A stretch of DNA of 49,727 nucleotides from an uncultured Bdellovibrionales bacterium (lineage in GTDB: Bacteria > Patescibacteriota > Minisyncoccia > Moranbacterales > UBA1568): contig CAZOKB010000008.1 in NCBI GenBank assembly GCA_964580285.1, forward strand, positions 1-49,727, read 5' to 3'. A program made the position numbers and the translations under genes. The notes beneath the pieces are model-generated. The model made no database searches. It was not told the DNA's origin and saw nothing but the letters and a program-made list of their open reading frames with translations. This document shows positions 38,174 through 48,911 of the stretch, piece by piece. Positions within the stretch are counted from its first letter, which is position 1; each line of letters opens with the position of its first letter.

Positions 38174-38192
38174 TCTTATTAAAACGATTCGC

Positions 38193-39290
38193 TTAACGCT
38201 GCTGTTCTGCCATTTTTGAGATAATCATCTGAAGATAATCCTGATTCTTGGCATAGGAAAATGCATCCTCGACCGAAATCAAGCCACGCCGCACCAGTTC
38301 GGCCAGCGCCCGGTCCAGGGATACCATACCTTCCTTGAGACTCGTTTCGATTACTCCATCAATTTGGTGAACCTTGTTTTCTCGGATAAGATTTTCTACT
38401 GCATGGTTCTTGAACATAATTTCAACAGCCGGCACTCGCCCGCCGCCCACCTGAGGCAAAAGCCGCTGCGAAATAACCCCGAGAAGCACACTCGCCAATT
38501 GTGAGCGAATCTGATTCTGTTGGTAGGCCGGAAACACGTCAATAATACGATCGATGGTCTGAGAGCTATCATTCGTGTGCAACGTGGCGAAAATCAAATG
38601 GCCCGTTTCGGCAGCAGTCATGGCCGTGCCAATAGTTTCAAGATCCCGCAACTCACCCAAAAGCACCACGTTAGCATCTTCACGAAACACCGCCCGCAAC
38701 GCTTCTGGAAAACTTTTCGCATCCCGACCAATTTCACGCTGGTTAATGATGCAGCGATCTTGGTTGTACACGAATTCGATCGGGTCCTCAATCGTAAGGA
38801 TGTGCTTATCGTAACTATGATTGATGAAATCGATAATGGCTGCCAGCGTGGTCGATTTTCCGTGACCTACTGGCCCGGTAACCAACACTAAGCCCTGAGA
38901 ATACTTGGCGAAGTTATAGAGAGAATTCGGGACATTGAGTTCTTCAAGGTTACGCAAACGATCCATAACGAAACGCATGGTCACGCTCACATACCCCTTC
39001 TGAAAAAACACATTCACCCGAAACCGCGCCCGTTCTTCAAAGCTGTAGGAAAAGTCTGAATGCCCCTTAGCTAACAGTTCCTCTTTTTTTTCATCCGTCA
39101 GAATCACTTCAGATAAAGCCTTAGTGTCATCCGGCGTTAAGACCTTCTCCTGAAGAATAGGTATGAGTTTACCGTCAATACGCAATGTTGGGTGCCTCCC
39201 TACCACCAAATGCAGATCCGATGCTCCTTGCTGACCAACCAAAAACAGAAGATTTTTTAATCGCTGTTCTGCATGCAGATTGTTTTCCAT
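38193..39290 (-). CDS. pilT: Type IV pilus retraction ATPase
   Basis: ASDLHL, RFRVNVF, GPVGHGKSTT, TIEDPIE, AAETGHLIFATLHTN. Confidence 0.95.
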   Translation of the reverse strand: MENNLHAEQRLKNLLFLVGQQGASDLHLVVGRHPTLRIDGKLIPILQEKVLTPDDTKALSEVILTDEKKEELLAKGHSDFSYSFEERARFRVNVFFQKGYVSVTMRFVMDRLRNLEELNVPNSLYNFAKYSQGLVLVTGPVGHGKSTTLAAIIDFINHSYDKHILTIEDPIEFVYNQDRCIINQREIGRDAKSFPEALRAVFREDANVVLLGELRDLETIGTAMTAAETGHLIFATLHTNDSSQTIDRIIDVFPAYQQNQIRSQLASVLLGVISQRLLPQVGGGRVPAVEIMFKNHAVENLIRENKVHQIDGVIETSLKEGMVSLDRALAELVRRGLISVEDAFSYAKNQDYLQMIISKMAEQQR

Positions 39291-39360
39291 ATTTTTGTTT
39301 CTTCAACTAACCCTCTCTTTCATTCTTCTTTATTGTACCGGAAAACGAAAGAAAAGAGAA

Positions 39361-41019
39361 TTATTCTTCATCAATCAACAGCTTTCCTTCTGTAGCCCGC
39401 TCAACTTCAGCGAGAGTCGTAATCCCCAGAAGCGTTTTCAATAAACCGTCTTCTTTCATGGAAATCATTCCCTGTTCGATAGATTCTTTGCGTAACTCAT
39501 GTTCATTCGCTTTATGATCGGTAATGATCGCCTTTACCGCATCGGTAATTTCGAACACTTCATAGATAGCGATACGCCCTCGATAACCGCTTTTTCCGCA
39601 CTCATCGCACCCGGCACCTTTATAGACCTTCATAGGCTGGGTCGGGCTCAATTTGTAGGCCTTTTTCTCTTCGAAGGATATCTCCTGATATATCTGGGAT
39701 AAACGGTTAGTTTGGAGTTCGGTAAGGGGCATTTCTTCTTTGCAGTTTTCACAAATCTTGCGGACCAAACGCTGCGCTGCTACCGCCTGCAAAGATGAGG
39801 CTAAGAGAAAAGGTTCGACCGACATATCCACTAAACGTGGTACCGAACCGATAGCATCGTTGGTGTGCAAGGTAGAAAGGACTAAATGACCCGTAAGCGC
39901 CGCGTGAATAGCTAACTCAGCGGTTTCATTATCACGGATTTCACCCACCATGATCACATTCGGGTCTTGACGGAGAATAGAGCGCAGTCCAGCGGCAAAG
40001 GTATAGCCAATTTCCGGCCGGATCTGACTCTGATTGATACCATCCATATAGTATTCTACCGGATCTTCCAGGGTGACGATATTGCGCTCCTCCTGATTCA
40101 GGATCTGCAAAAAGCCATACAGCGTGGTAGATTTACCAGAACCCGTTGGGCCAGTGATCAACACGATGCCGAATGGCTCACGAATCTTTGTCGTCAACAC
40201 CTCGCGATTCCTCCCCCAGAGACCAAGCTTATCCAGATCACTCACATTATTCGTACGATCCAGCACGCGCATCACTACTTTTTCACCTTCCATCACCGGT
40301 AGAGAGGACACCCGCAAGTCTACCGACCGATCGCCAGCCTCGAAACGGATACGCCCATCTTGCGGCTTACGTTTCTCATCGATTTTCAGGTTCGCTAGGA
40401 TCTTAATACGAGAAATAACAGCCCGACCTACCTCCGCCGGAAACACGAGCTGGGAACGCAGGATGCCATCCACCCGAAACCGCACACGGTAGCTTCCATC
40501 GATGGGTTCGATATGGATATCACTGGCACGGCCATCGAGCGCATGCTTAACAATCACTTCTACCAATTTAGCAATTGGAGCATCTTGAAAGACATCCTCT
40601 TGGAGAGGTTTCTTTTTCTCTTCCTTAATCTGCAAAGTTTTATCTTCAGATCCTTTTTTAAGAGAAAGAATGGCATCCTTGAGAGCCTTATCCGTCCCGG
40701 TATACCGCTTCATGGCCTCCTGAAAAACTGCCTCCGTCGTACCGTAGATTTCAATACTCACCATTTCCTTTTCCGCCAAGAAACGCAACACGTTCATGGC
40801 ATCAAAATCTCCCGGATGCACCATGGCAATCAGCAGCGTAGCCTCTCGTTTCTCGAAACTGAAGAGGTGATGGGTGCGGGCCGTTTCTTCGGGGATAATT
40901 TCCAAAACGCGCTTCTCTAGCTGCTTGGGCAGCTCAGCAAGTATAGGTACCTCACTTGATGAAGCATCAAGTGAGACATTCATACTGATCCCTTGTCCTT
41001 GGATACCCGTGTCTGCCAT
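39361..41019 (-). CDS. pilB: Type IV pilus extension ATPase (PilB/GspE family)
   Basis: ASDIHIEP, PQDGR, TGPTGSGKSTT, LRQDPNVIMVGEIRD, tetracysteine CENC/CDEC. Confidence 0.96.
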   Translation of the reverse strand: MADTGIQGQGISMNVSLDASSSEVPILAELPKQLEKRVLEIIPEETARTHHLFSFEKREATLLIAMVHPGDFDAMNVLRFLAEKEMVSIEIYGTTEAVFQEAMKRYTGTDKALKDAILSLKKGSEDKTLQIKEEKKKPLQEDVFQDAPIAKLVEVIVKHALDGRASDIHIEPIDGSYRVRFRVDGILRSQLVFPAEVGRAVISRIKILANLKIDEKRKPQDGRIRFEAGDRSVDLRVSSLPVMEGEKVVMRVLDRTNNVSDLDKLGLWGRNREVLTTKIREPFGIVLITGPTGSGKSTTLYGFLQILNQEERNIVTLEDPVEYYMDGINQSQIRPEIGYTFAAGLRSILRQDPNVIMVGEIRDNETAELAIHAALTGHLVLSTLHTNDAIGSVPRLVDMSVEPFLLASSLQAVAAQRLVRKICENCKEEMPLTELQTNRLSQIYQEISFEEKKAYKLSPTQPMKVYKGAGCDECGKSGYRGRIAIYEVFEITDAVKAIITDHKANEHELRKESIEQGMISMKEDGLLKTLLGITTLAEVERATEGKLLIDEE

Positions 41020-41040
41020 AATCCCTAACCGTATTCAATA

Positions 41041-41850
41041 TTACTGAAACAGGTTTGATTTCCCAGTATCTGCTCGTGGAAGTTCTGGTACCGCACCATC
41101 ATTATTAGTCCGAACCGTTGCAAGTGTCTCAAAATTGATTTTTGGTATATCAAAAGCAGCATCCCCGAGTGCTGTGGTCACCTTGACTGGTGACAACACC
41201 GGGAGCTCTACCGTGATTTCAGATTCTAAGGTTCCGGCGGCTGGCTGCGCTGTTGCATTTGCACCTTCTGATTGAGGCAGTGTGATAGAAGATTCAGCGA
41301 TTCTCAGAAAACGATGCGCCTTCATGATATTCGCTGCAAAACTCTTGACCGCATCATAGGAACCTACCGACTGGACCGTAACGGTATAGGTAGCTGGAAC
41401 ATAGGTCTTTTTGGTAGATACCGGCAAAGCTACCACACTCGTTTCCGTGCCAGTAAACAGCGCCGCTGCACTCGACGATTCGGTATCCTCTTGCGGCAGC
41501 ACATCGGCCACTACCGGCTTTTTCATTGCCGTTACCTGAATATCCTTCACCGCTACACCGCTTTTTGACGCAAGAAAATTCAGCTGGTCAATTTCTTTTT
41601 CAACGTCCGATTGACCCGGGAAATAGGTTTTGAGAAAATCCACATCATCTGATGCAGTGGTAATCTGACCCTTCAGGGACTGGATATTATTCACAATGGT
41701 TGCCAGCCGCTCAACCTGCCCAGTGGTTTGGCTAAGCTGATCCTTTTTTTCTAGCACTGTCGCAATACCTGGCTTCACATACCCAATCGCGATAACCAAC
41801 GTCCCCACGAGCATTGATGGCACTACTAATATTTTGAGACTCATACGCAA
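41041..41850 (-). CDS. PilO-like pilus alignment protein
   Basis: N-terminal TM, coiled coil, GSYDAVKSF segment; position after pilM and PilN-like. Confidence 0.6.
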   Translation of the reverse strand: MRMSLKILVVPSMLVGTLVIAIGYVKPGIATVLEKKDQLSQTTGQVERLATIVNNIQSLKGQITTASDDVDFLKTYFPGQSDVEKEIDQLNFLASKSGVAVKDIQVTAMKKPVVADVLPQEDTESSSAAALFTGTETSVVALPVSTKKTYVPATYTVTVQSVGSYDAVKSFAANIMKAHRFLRIAESSITLPQSEGANATAQPAAGTLESEITVELPVLSPVKVTTALGDAAFDIPKINFETLATVRTNNDGAVPELPRADTGKSNLFQ

Positions 41851-41866
41851 TCCGTCATTGGTTTAT

Positions 41867-42403
41867 TTATTTTTTCTCTGCCCACTTTGATTCGAAAGAA
41901 AACTGGATACCCGATGACTCCTTGTCTCGAGACAAAAGCGTGATTTCGGTATCGGAAAACCGCGCAGAGGTTTTGAGTGCCATCACCTGCTGCGCCACTT
42001 CTTTGTAGCCCGGAGCTACTCCCCCAAGCTTTACTGTACCGGTCGTATCATCATAATCAAAGGCTGTCAACCGTACGGATGGCAACAATGTATTTTCCAA
42101 AGCAATGAGTATGGTTTGCGGGTGAATCCGCGTATCAATACCATTCTCCACTAAGGAGAGGCGGGCTTCAACATCAGCGATCTCGCTCACTGCAGGACTC
42201 ATCAAGTCAGCCTTTTTAGCCTCAATAAGATCATTCGCCTGTTTTATTTTTCCGTCGTAGATGAAATTCGCCCCCTCTACCCCACCCCAGGCTAACAGCG
42301 TGAGGAGAAAAAGACTGGTCATAGCGACCATGCCCCCGCTCTTCTTCTTCGGGTCCTGAACCTGCTTCTCAACAATCGATTGTGATAAATTTATCCCAGC
42401 CAT
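41867..42403 (-). CDS. PilN-like pilus alignment protein
   Basis: N-terminal TM, VKLGGVAPGYKEVAQQV; directly downstream of pilM. Confidence 0.7.
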   Translation of the reverse strand: MAGINLSQSIVEKQVQDPKKKSGGMVAMTSLFLLTLLAWGGVEGANFIYDGKIKQANDLIEAKKADLMSPAVSEIADVEARLSLVENGIDTRIHPQTILIALENTLLPSVRLTAFDYDDTTGTVKLGGVAPGYKEVAQQVMALKTSARFSDTEITLLSRDKESSGIQFSFESKWAEKK

Positions 42404-42459
42404 GTGCGTATATTACTGTTTATAGTGGTTTTTATTACTTACTTATTTCCTTCTCGAAA

Positions 42460-43569
42460 CTACAGCTTTTTATGAAGTGCCGTATTGATATTCCCCAAAA
42501 ACGATTTCTCCTTGGACTGTTTCAGATGATTTTCAATGCCTCCCAGCGCCAAACCGATAGCCACCGCGAAAGACGATCCAGTTTCATGAATAATGGCCTG
42601 CTGTTTTTCCGTTGATTGAATCTTAAACCATGGGTGCCCAACATTCACTGGCCGACCCAAAAGCTTCGAGAGGTATTCCGGCAATCCTGCCAAACGTGAT
42701 GACCCTCCGGACAAAATCACCTCGGTCACTTTTGATTCCGGGTGCTTGGTCTCATGTGATTCAATCACTCGTAAGGCCTCACTCACGATAATCTGGAGCG
42801 ATGGAAACACAACCATCGAAGTTGGCTGATTCAGAAAATCTTTACCGCTCTTCTTCAGATCCTCAGCTCGTTCCCGGGTAACCTCCATCGTCTCGGCTAA
42901 AGTCCGGGTCATATCTTTCCCTCCGGTATCAATATTACGACCAAGCTTCACGGTACCACCCTCCGTTAAAATCACATTTGTCGCTCGTGATCCAAGATCA
43001 ATCAAAAGTCTCGCCCCTGGTGTTGTATCAATCAACGAACGTACAATAGAGAAGGTTTCAATCTCAAGAAGATTCATATCAAGTATCTCCTTCTCTATAT
43101 ACCCTTGATACCGTGCGACTTCCTTCTTGAGTGCCGCCACCAAAAGCACTTCCATACCCCCCTCACCTTCGTCTGTAGACCGCCGTCCAACGATATCCCA
43201 GCTGAGTGCTACGTCATCCAACGCCATGGGAACGTATTTATGCGCCTCAAATTGCACTGCTTCATTCATTTGCGCTTCATTCATGGAGGGAAAATCCACC
43301 AAAGCGATCAGGCCTGTATACGCTGGCATCGCCACATGCGCTTTTTTGGTCTTCGGTTGCATTCTTTCAAGCAAAGCATGCAAATAGAGAGCTACTGCTT
43401 CATCGTAAGTATAGCTTGCTCCCTTTAACTCTTCTTCTAGATGGGAAAAATCCGCCACGCCATAATTGACGAGTACCGGTTTCTCTCCCACCAGCTCCAA
43501 TTCGACTGCTTTCAGTGAGGCAGTACCAAAATCAATTCCGAGAAAACGTGGATTTCCAAAAAGGGACAT
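42460..43569 (-). CDS. pilM: Type IV pilus assembly protein PilM
   Basis: LGIDFGTASLKAVEL, EAHKYVP, LIDLGSRAT, ILSGGSSRLAGL, FAVAIGLALG. Confidence 0.94.
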   Translation of the reverse strand: MSLFGNPRFLGIDFGTASLKAVELELVGEKPVLVNYGVADFSHLEEELKGASYTYDEAVALYLHALLERMQPKTKKAHVAMPAYTGLIALVDFPSMNEAQMNEAVQFEAHKYVPMALDDVALSWDIVGRRSTDEGEGGMEVLLVAALKKEVARYQGYIEKEILDMNLLEIETFSIVRSLIDTTPGARLLIDLGSRATNVILTEGGTVKLGRNIDTGGKDMTRTLAETMEVTRERAEDLKKSGKDFLNQPTSMVVFPSLQIIVSEALRVIESHETKHPESKVTEVILSGGSSRLAGLPEYLSKLLGRPVNVGHPWFKIQSTEKQQAIIHETGSSFAVAIGLALGGIENHLKQSKEKSFLGNINTALHKKL

Positions 43570-43659
43570 GATCTTTTCGTTTGTATTTCTTTCCTATTTT
43601 ACCATATTTTCAAAGAATGCAATATCGAAGCATCTAGTTCCACTAGCACGCTCCCCCGA

Positions 43660-43688
43660 TTGACAGGGGCGCTCCGAGAAAATAGAAT
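43660..43688 (+). promoter_or_regulatory. Sigma70 promoter TTGACA-17-TAGAAT for the Clp ATPase
   Basis: Read directly; it overlaps the TTG start of the ORF track, arguing for ATG 43720. Confidence 0.75.
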
Positions 43689-43719
43689 ACGCCTACTCAA
43701 AATATCCTCTTTTCTTCTT

Positions 43720-46191
43720 ATGCCTGATACCTCTTTTCTTGAAAAACTCTCCCTACATGCCCGCCACTGCCTCAAAGAGGCCCGGGACATTGCCCGCTAT
43801 ACCAAAAGCCACCAGATAGAACCGCGCCATCTGCTTCTGTCCCTCTTTCTTGAGAATGGCAGTCTCGGGAGCTTTCTTCTGAGTACCATCGGCTTCGAGA
43901 AAGACAAACTCGGAAAGCTTTGCCTCAAGCGCGAAAAAACCAAGAAGCTGCCTGCTGATTTTGTGCCCGCGCTTTCTCCAGCCGTAGCTTCTATTGTGCG
44001 CAATGCCTATCATCTCGCTAATGACCGCTCTTTCCCTTATGTAGGTACCGAACACATTGTCTCCGCCCTTCTCCTCTCTGAAACCGAAGATATTCGCTTC
44101 ATCACCGCTGCCCTCGGCATCGACAATACCCGAGTTACGTCTGCGCTTGATATCCACCTCACTTTTGATCGTTTTCCTGAATTTCCTCACTTTCTCGAAA
44201 CCTCAGAATCTTCCCCTACCAAGACATCCAAGAAAAAACACGCTAAAACACCCGCTCTTGAACAATTTACCACTCCTACTCAGGAACTATCCATGAATCA
44301 CCTCTTGGTTGGCCGTACCGCCGAGCTCGATCGCCTCATTACCATTCTCTCCCGCCGCACGAAAAACAACCCCCTCTTGATCGGAGAACCCGGTGTCGGC
44401 AAAACCGCCCTGGTGAGCGCGCTCGCAGAACAGATCGCCCAAGGAACGGTTCCTCCTGCGCTCATCGGCAAACGCATTCTTACGCTTGACCTTGCTCTCG
44501 TAGTAGCCGGTACCAATTTCCGGGGAGAATTTGAAGCGCGTCTCAAAGACATCTTGGAAGAAACCAAGGCGAATCCGCATACTATCCTGTTTATTGATGA
44601 AATCCACACTCTGATTGGTGCTGGCAACACCACTGGTAGTCTGGATGCAGCTAACATCCTGAAACCAGCTCTCGCACGCGGAGACATTCGCTGTATCGGA
44701 GCCACAACCTTCAACGAATACAAACGCCACATCGAAAAAGACACCGCGTTAGAACGCCGCTTCCAGCCCCTCATAGTTCGTGAACCAGACATCGAAGAAA
44801 CCCGGCTTATTCTCGAATCTTCCAAAGCAGTCTACGAAGAATATCATCAAGTCATTCTCCCTTCTTCGCTCATAAGCCTCACCACAGAACTAGCCGCTCG
44901 TTCGCTCCCTGAGCGTTTCTTTCCTGATAAAGCCTTCGATATCCTGGATGAAGCCGCCGCCCGAGCCGCAACTCGCCCCTATACCAAAAAAGACCGGCTG
45001 CTTCCGGACCTGTACCGCAAACACCAAGAAGTCCGAGTGCGGAAAGAAACTCTCGTCAAAGAAGAAAAATTCGATGAAGCTTTCGTGTGGCACAAAGAAG
45101 AGCAGTCTCTCCATGCACAGATCGAACGACTCTCCACCCTCCATGCTTCTCGTTCCGTACGACGTACTCCGGTCACTGAAACGCATATTTTTACTGCTGT
45201 TTCCCATATGACCGGCATCCCTTTTGATAAATTAAGCCATCAAGCTCCCCGCAAAAAACTCACTGCCCTCCGCCAAGCCCTTAAAAAAGAACTCATCGGC
45301 CAATCGAACGTTTCTCAAGCGATTCTTCAGGTGCTCACTCGTTCATTATCCGGCATTCAACACCCCGGCCGCCCTATTGGATCTTTTCTCCTCCTCGGCC
45401 CGACCGGTGTCGGCAAAACTCACGTAGCTAAAGTACTGGCACGAGAATTTTTTGGCAGCGAGAAACAGCTCATCCGCATGGATATGAGCGAATTCATGGA
45501 AAAACACAGTGTCGCCCAAATGATCGGCGCTCCGGCTGGCTACGTTGGCTACGGCGAAGGTGGCAAGCTCACCGAACAAGTACGCCGTAACCCCTTCTCC
45601 GTAGTACTCTTTGATGAAATCGAAAAAGCCCACCCAGACATACTCAATATCTTGTTACAAATCCTTGATGAAGGCGTTCTTACCGATGCTGAAGGCCGCT
45701 CCGTTAGCTTCAAACATACACTCATATTGATCACTTCGAACATCGGTACGGCTGCCTTTACCGAAACAGGTGCTATCGGTTTTCAAAAACACCTCAATGC
45801 GGAAAGCCTTGCCGAGCGTTTTGCCGCTATAGAACATACCGTGATGGTTGAACTCAACAAAACGCTCCGCCCAGAACTTTTAGCACGCATCGGAGAAACA
45901 CTTATTTTCCGTCCACTCGACCAAGCCGCCATCGAAGCTATTACCCTCCTTGAACTCACGACTCTCAAAGAACGCCTACATCACAAAGGAACCCACCTTA
46001 CTTTTGATACCCGTGTCCTTCATTTTCTGGCCAAAAAAAGCTTCTCTCCTCTTCATGGAGCTCGGCTCATTCGTAAACATATCGAAACACTGGTCGAGTA
46101 CCCCCTCGCTGAAACTCTGATCAAACATCCGGGTGCACCGCGTATCACCCTCTCCCTTCGTCATAACACTTTAGTGTGCACCCTGCGTTAA
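43720..46191 (+). CDS. clpC: ClpC-like AAA+ unfoldase (Clp-N repeats, two AAA domains, IGF loop)
   Basis: GEPGVGKT, LFIDEIH, GPTGVGKT, VLFDEIEKAHP, GAIGF. Confidence 0.88.
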   Translation: MPDTSFLEKLSLHARHCLKEARDIARYTKSHQIEPRHLLLSLFLENGSLGSFLLSTIGFEKDKLGKLCLKREKTKKLPADFVPALSPAVASIVRNAYHLANDRSFPYVGTEHIVSALLLSETEDIRFITAALGIDNTRVTSALDIHLTFDRFPEFPHFLETSESSPTKTSKKKHAKTPALEQFTTPTQELSMNHLLVGRTAELDRLITILSRRTKNNPLLIGEPGVGKTALVSALAEQIAQGTVPPALIGKRILTLDLALVVAGTNFRGEFEARLKDILEETKANPHTILFIDEIHTLIGAGNTTGSLDAANILKPALARGDIRCIGATTFNEYKRHIEKDTALERRFQPLIVREPDIEETRLILESSKAVYEEYHQVILPSSLISLTTELAARSLPERFFPDKAFDILDEAAARAATRPYTKKDRLLPDLYRKHQEVRVRKETLVKEEKFDEAFVWHKEEQSLHAQIERLSTLHASRSVRRTPVTETHIFTAVSHMTGIPFDKLSHQAPRKKLTALRQALKKELIGQSNVSQAILQVLTRSLSGIQHPGRPIGSFLLLGPTGVGKTHVAKVLAREFFGSEKQLIRMDMSEFMEKHSVAQMIGAPAGYVGYGEGGKLTEQVRRNPFSVVLFDEIEKAHPDILNILLQILDEGVLTDAEGRSVSFKHTLILITSNIGTAAFTETGAIGFQKHLNAESLAERFAAIEHTVMVELNKTLRPELLARIGETLIFRPLDQAAIEAITLLELTTLKERLHHKGTHLTFDTRVLHFLAKKSFSPLHGARLIRKHIETLVEYPLAETLIKHPGAPRITLSLRHNTLVCTLR

Positions 46192-46949
46192 ACTCGCGCC
46201 CACTCTTAAGAGCACTTGCCGCGCTCAAACAGAGTGCGCTAGATATACTTTTTCCGCTCACCTGCCTTGGCTGCAACCAAGCAGAAACCCTACTCTGCCC
46301 TACCTGTCTTGCAACGATTCTCTTAGCCCAAGAGCAACACTGTCCTCTCTGTCATCGCCATATTACTCCACATGGCGAAACATGTTTCGCCTGTTCCTCA
46401 AAAAGCGCTCTCGACGGAGTGTTTGTTAGTTACGATTACCACCAAACACTCCTCGATACCGCCCTACACACGTTCAAATATCGCTCCATTGAGGCGCTTG
46501 CTTGGCCGCTCGGAACGCTGCTCGTGCACGCTGTCCGCTTGGCCGATATCCCTCTTCCTGATCTCATTCTCCCGGTACCATTGCATCCCTGGCGACTCCG
46601 TTACCGCGGTTTCAATCAATCCGAACTCCTTGCTCAGCACCTAGCCAACTCACTGCTGCCTGGCATGACACTCCCCCTGGAAACAACCCGTCTTATCCGG
46701 CAACGTTTTACGCTGCCTCAACAAAAAATGAAGAGTGCTGACGCGCGCCGGCGCAACATTCACCACGCCTTTTCTGTGCCAGCCACACATCGTGCCCAAC
46801 TCAAGGGAAAATACATCTGGCTCATCGACGATGTAGCTGCCACTGCAAGTACACTTGAAGCTGCTGCTCAAGCCCTCAAAAAAGCTGGTGTGAAAAAAGT
46901 CTTCGGCATTGTTTTAGCTAGCGGAATATCTCCCTCCAACAAAAAGTAA
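46176..46949 (+). CDS. comF: ComF family competence protein (zinc ribbon + PRTase-like)
   Basis: LFPLTCLGC, CPLC, PVPLHPWRLRYRGFNQS, LIDDVAATAST. Confidence 0.92.
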   Translation: MHPALNSRPLLRALAALKQSALDILFPLTCLGCNQAETLLCPTCLATILLAQEQHCPLCHRHITPHGETCFACSSKSALDGVFVSYDYHQTLLDTALHTFKYRSIEALAWPLGTLLVHAVRLADIPLPDLILPVPLHPWRLRYRGFNQSELLAQHLANSLLPGMTLPLETTRLIRQRFTLPQQKMKSADARRRNIHHAFSVPATHRAQLKGKYIWLIDDVAATASTLEAAAQALKKAGVKKVFGIVLASGISPSNKK

Positions 46950-46968
46950 GAGGAGGTGCCACATCGCT

Positions 46969-48309
46969 TTACTCCACCACCTCAATCACCCCACGATACA
47001 TACCCATCGAACAGCTGAAAGGAATCTGCCCTGCTTGGTTAGGAGTAAATTCAAACACATTTTCTCCTGGCTTGAGTACCTTGCGTATGCCCGCTTTCGG
47101 GATGACTAAGCTCGCTGCACAACTATACGATTCTTCCGAATCTACGATCAGCTTCACGGGTTGCCCCTTTTTCACGGTAATCTGATTCGGAAAGTACCCA
47201 TCACTCTTTTGAGTCACTCTGACCACCTGCGCTTCCTTTGAACCCGCTACATTTGCAGTACCATCAGAAGGATTTTTTTGATCCGAACCTAAAGACAAAA
47301 GTGCTACCCCATTTCCCAGATTAAAAATCCCTAGAGCGATCACCACGACACCAGCCGCTTTAAAGAAAAACCGGCGGAACCAACCCTTGGCTGCTGCTGC
47401 CACTCCACCAATCCCAAGTAGTCCCGGCGCTGTCCCCAAAGCAAATGTCCCCATTGTCAGTGCACCAATGAGCGGGCTCCCCTGGGTTACCACAAAGAGC
47501 TGTGTTAATTGCGTAAAGCCACAAGGCAAGAAGAACGTCATACCACCCAAAAGCATCGCTCGGCTGTGACTGTACTCTTTTTGAGAGTGCGATTGAATCC
47601 CAAGCGCCTTGGCAATACCTTTCGGCAGCATCAGCTTCCACATAGACAATCGAGGAAACAGCTCCAGCAGTTGGATACCCATAAGCAGCATCACGAGAGC
47701 TACCAAGAGAGTGAGCCCCCCTACCATCCAAGACGCCAGTTGAAATACCGATCCGAGCCACCCCAGTACTGCACCCAGAAAAGCAAAGCCCCCAATCCGG
47801 CCCACATTAAAAGAAAGGTGCGGGAGAAACTTCTGTCGGACACTCGCCTCGGGGTGCCGTTCACTAAATCGTGCTGACACTGCTAGTACCATACCACCAA
47901 TAATCGCCATGCAAGTGGAAAATCCCGCTACCACACCGACTAAGAGTACAAAGGGTAAACGCGAAAGCTTTTCTGATGATCCCAGAGAAACTTCAAAAAG
48001 ACCTAGTGATTTGGCTATCAGAAACACTATCAGAACCCCACTAACCACGAATAAGACTTCAGTCCATGCACCGATATCCCGAGAAACCCAGGGCCGCTTC
48101 CCTTCACCAATGGCATACCCAGCATTCTGTACAGCTTTTTCCAAAGCTGCCTGTTCTGGAACCTGCTCTTCGTACAACACCTCGGCCTTGCCAGTACGAG
48201 AGTTTACATGCGCTTTAATAACCCCAGGAACTTTTGAAAGTTCTCCTTCTGTAAGGAGCTCACAGGAGCGGCAGTGCATGCCAGAGATGTGAAAGGTAGT
48301 TTTTTTCAT
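46969..48309 (-). CDS. HMA domain + multi-TM (TauE/SafE / DsbD_2-like) + cupredoxin-like fusion protein
   Basis: GMHCRSC, GFSTCMAIIGG, FFLPCGFTQ, C-terminal YSCA ... FSCSMGMYRG. Confidence 0.88.
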   Translation of the reverse strand: MKKTTFHISGMHCRSCELLTEGELSKVPGVIKAHVNSRTGKAEVLYEEQVPEQAALEKAVQNAGYAIGEGKRPWVSRDIGAWTEVLFVVSGVLIVFLIAKSLGLFEVSLGSSEKLSRLPFVLLVGVVAGFSTCMAIIGGMVLAVSARFSERHPEASVRQKFLPHLSFNVGRIGGFAFLGAVLGWLGSVFQLASWMVGGLTLLVALVMLLMGIQLLELFPRLSMWKLMLPKGIAKALGIQSHSQKEYSHSRAMLLGGMTFFLPCGFTQLTQLFVVTQGSPLIGALTMGTFALGTAPGLLGIGGVAAAAKGWFRRFFFKAAGVVVIALGIFNLGNGVALLSLGSDQKNPSDGTANVAGSKEAQVVRVTQKSDGYFPNQITVKKGQPVKLIVDSEESYSCAASLVIPKAGIRKVLKPGENVFEFTPNQAGQIPFSCSMGMYRGVIEVVE

Positions 48310-48419
48310 AGTAGAAACGAGAATAGATTATCCTTCTTTATTGTATCGTTAACGGACACAAAAAGACACTCAAACCAGGGTGCGCCCGCACCACAAGCCA
48401 ACAAGTGCCTCATATCTCG

Positions 48420-48839
48420 CTATTCCCGTTTTTCTACCGAAAGTAAAACATCGTTCCAAACCACTCTCCCAAGACTTTCTCCAACAACACTCTCTTTCCC
48501 GACTAACACTTCCTCATTTTGAAAAGGTTGCGCTACCGTACTCAGAAAAATATGCATATCCGCTCCGGATTTTTTCACAACGGCCCACTGCGGCAAGATG
48601 CTTCCACATCCTAAAAGACAAAAATTGGCATGGCGCTCTCCGGCCGATGAAAGCGTTTCAGTATCCATCCCATGAGCCATCGTGCCATGCATGGCACCAT
48701 GATCTACTGTTTCACTGATCGCCATGCCCATTCCCGAGGCTCCATCCGGCATAGCCCATGCTTGGGTACACACACCACCCGAGAAAAATACGAGCGAAAA
48801 TACAACGCTGAATATAAAAATGTTTTTTTTGAATATCAT
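48420..48839 (-). CDS. Hypothetical exported Met/His-rich protein
   Basis: N-terminal hydrophobic signal; MGMAISETVDHGAMHGTMAHGM; upstream of the HMA fusion. Confidence 0.6.
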   Translation of the reverse strand: MIFKKNIFIFSVVFSLVFFSGGVCTQAWAMPDGASGMGMAISETVDHGAMHGTMAHGMDTETLSSAGERHANFCLLGCGSILPQWAVVKKSGADMHIFLSTVAQPFQNEEVLVGKESVVGESLGRVVWNDVLLSVEKRE

Positions 48840-48911
48840 AGACTCTAGCGATGTCTGTTGAACATATCCGAAGAAACTACTGCGACGAAACTAGGGAAAT
48901 AACACCGTATT

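Noticed and set aside
43590-43720. CIRCE or CtsR heat-shock operator upstream of clpC
   Set aside because: Only a partial tagcac match; no TTAGCACTC-N9-GAGTGCTAA inverted repeat or CtsR direct repeats.
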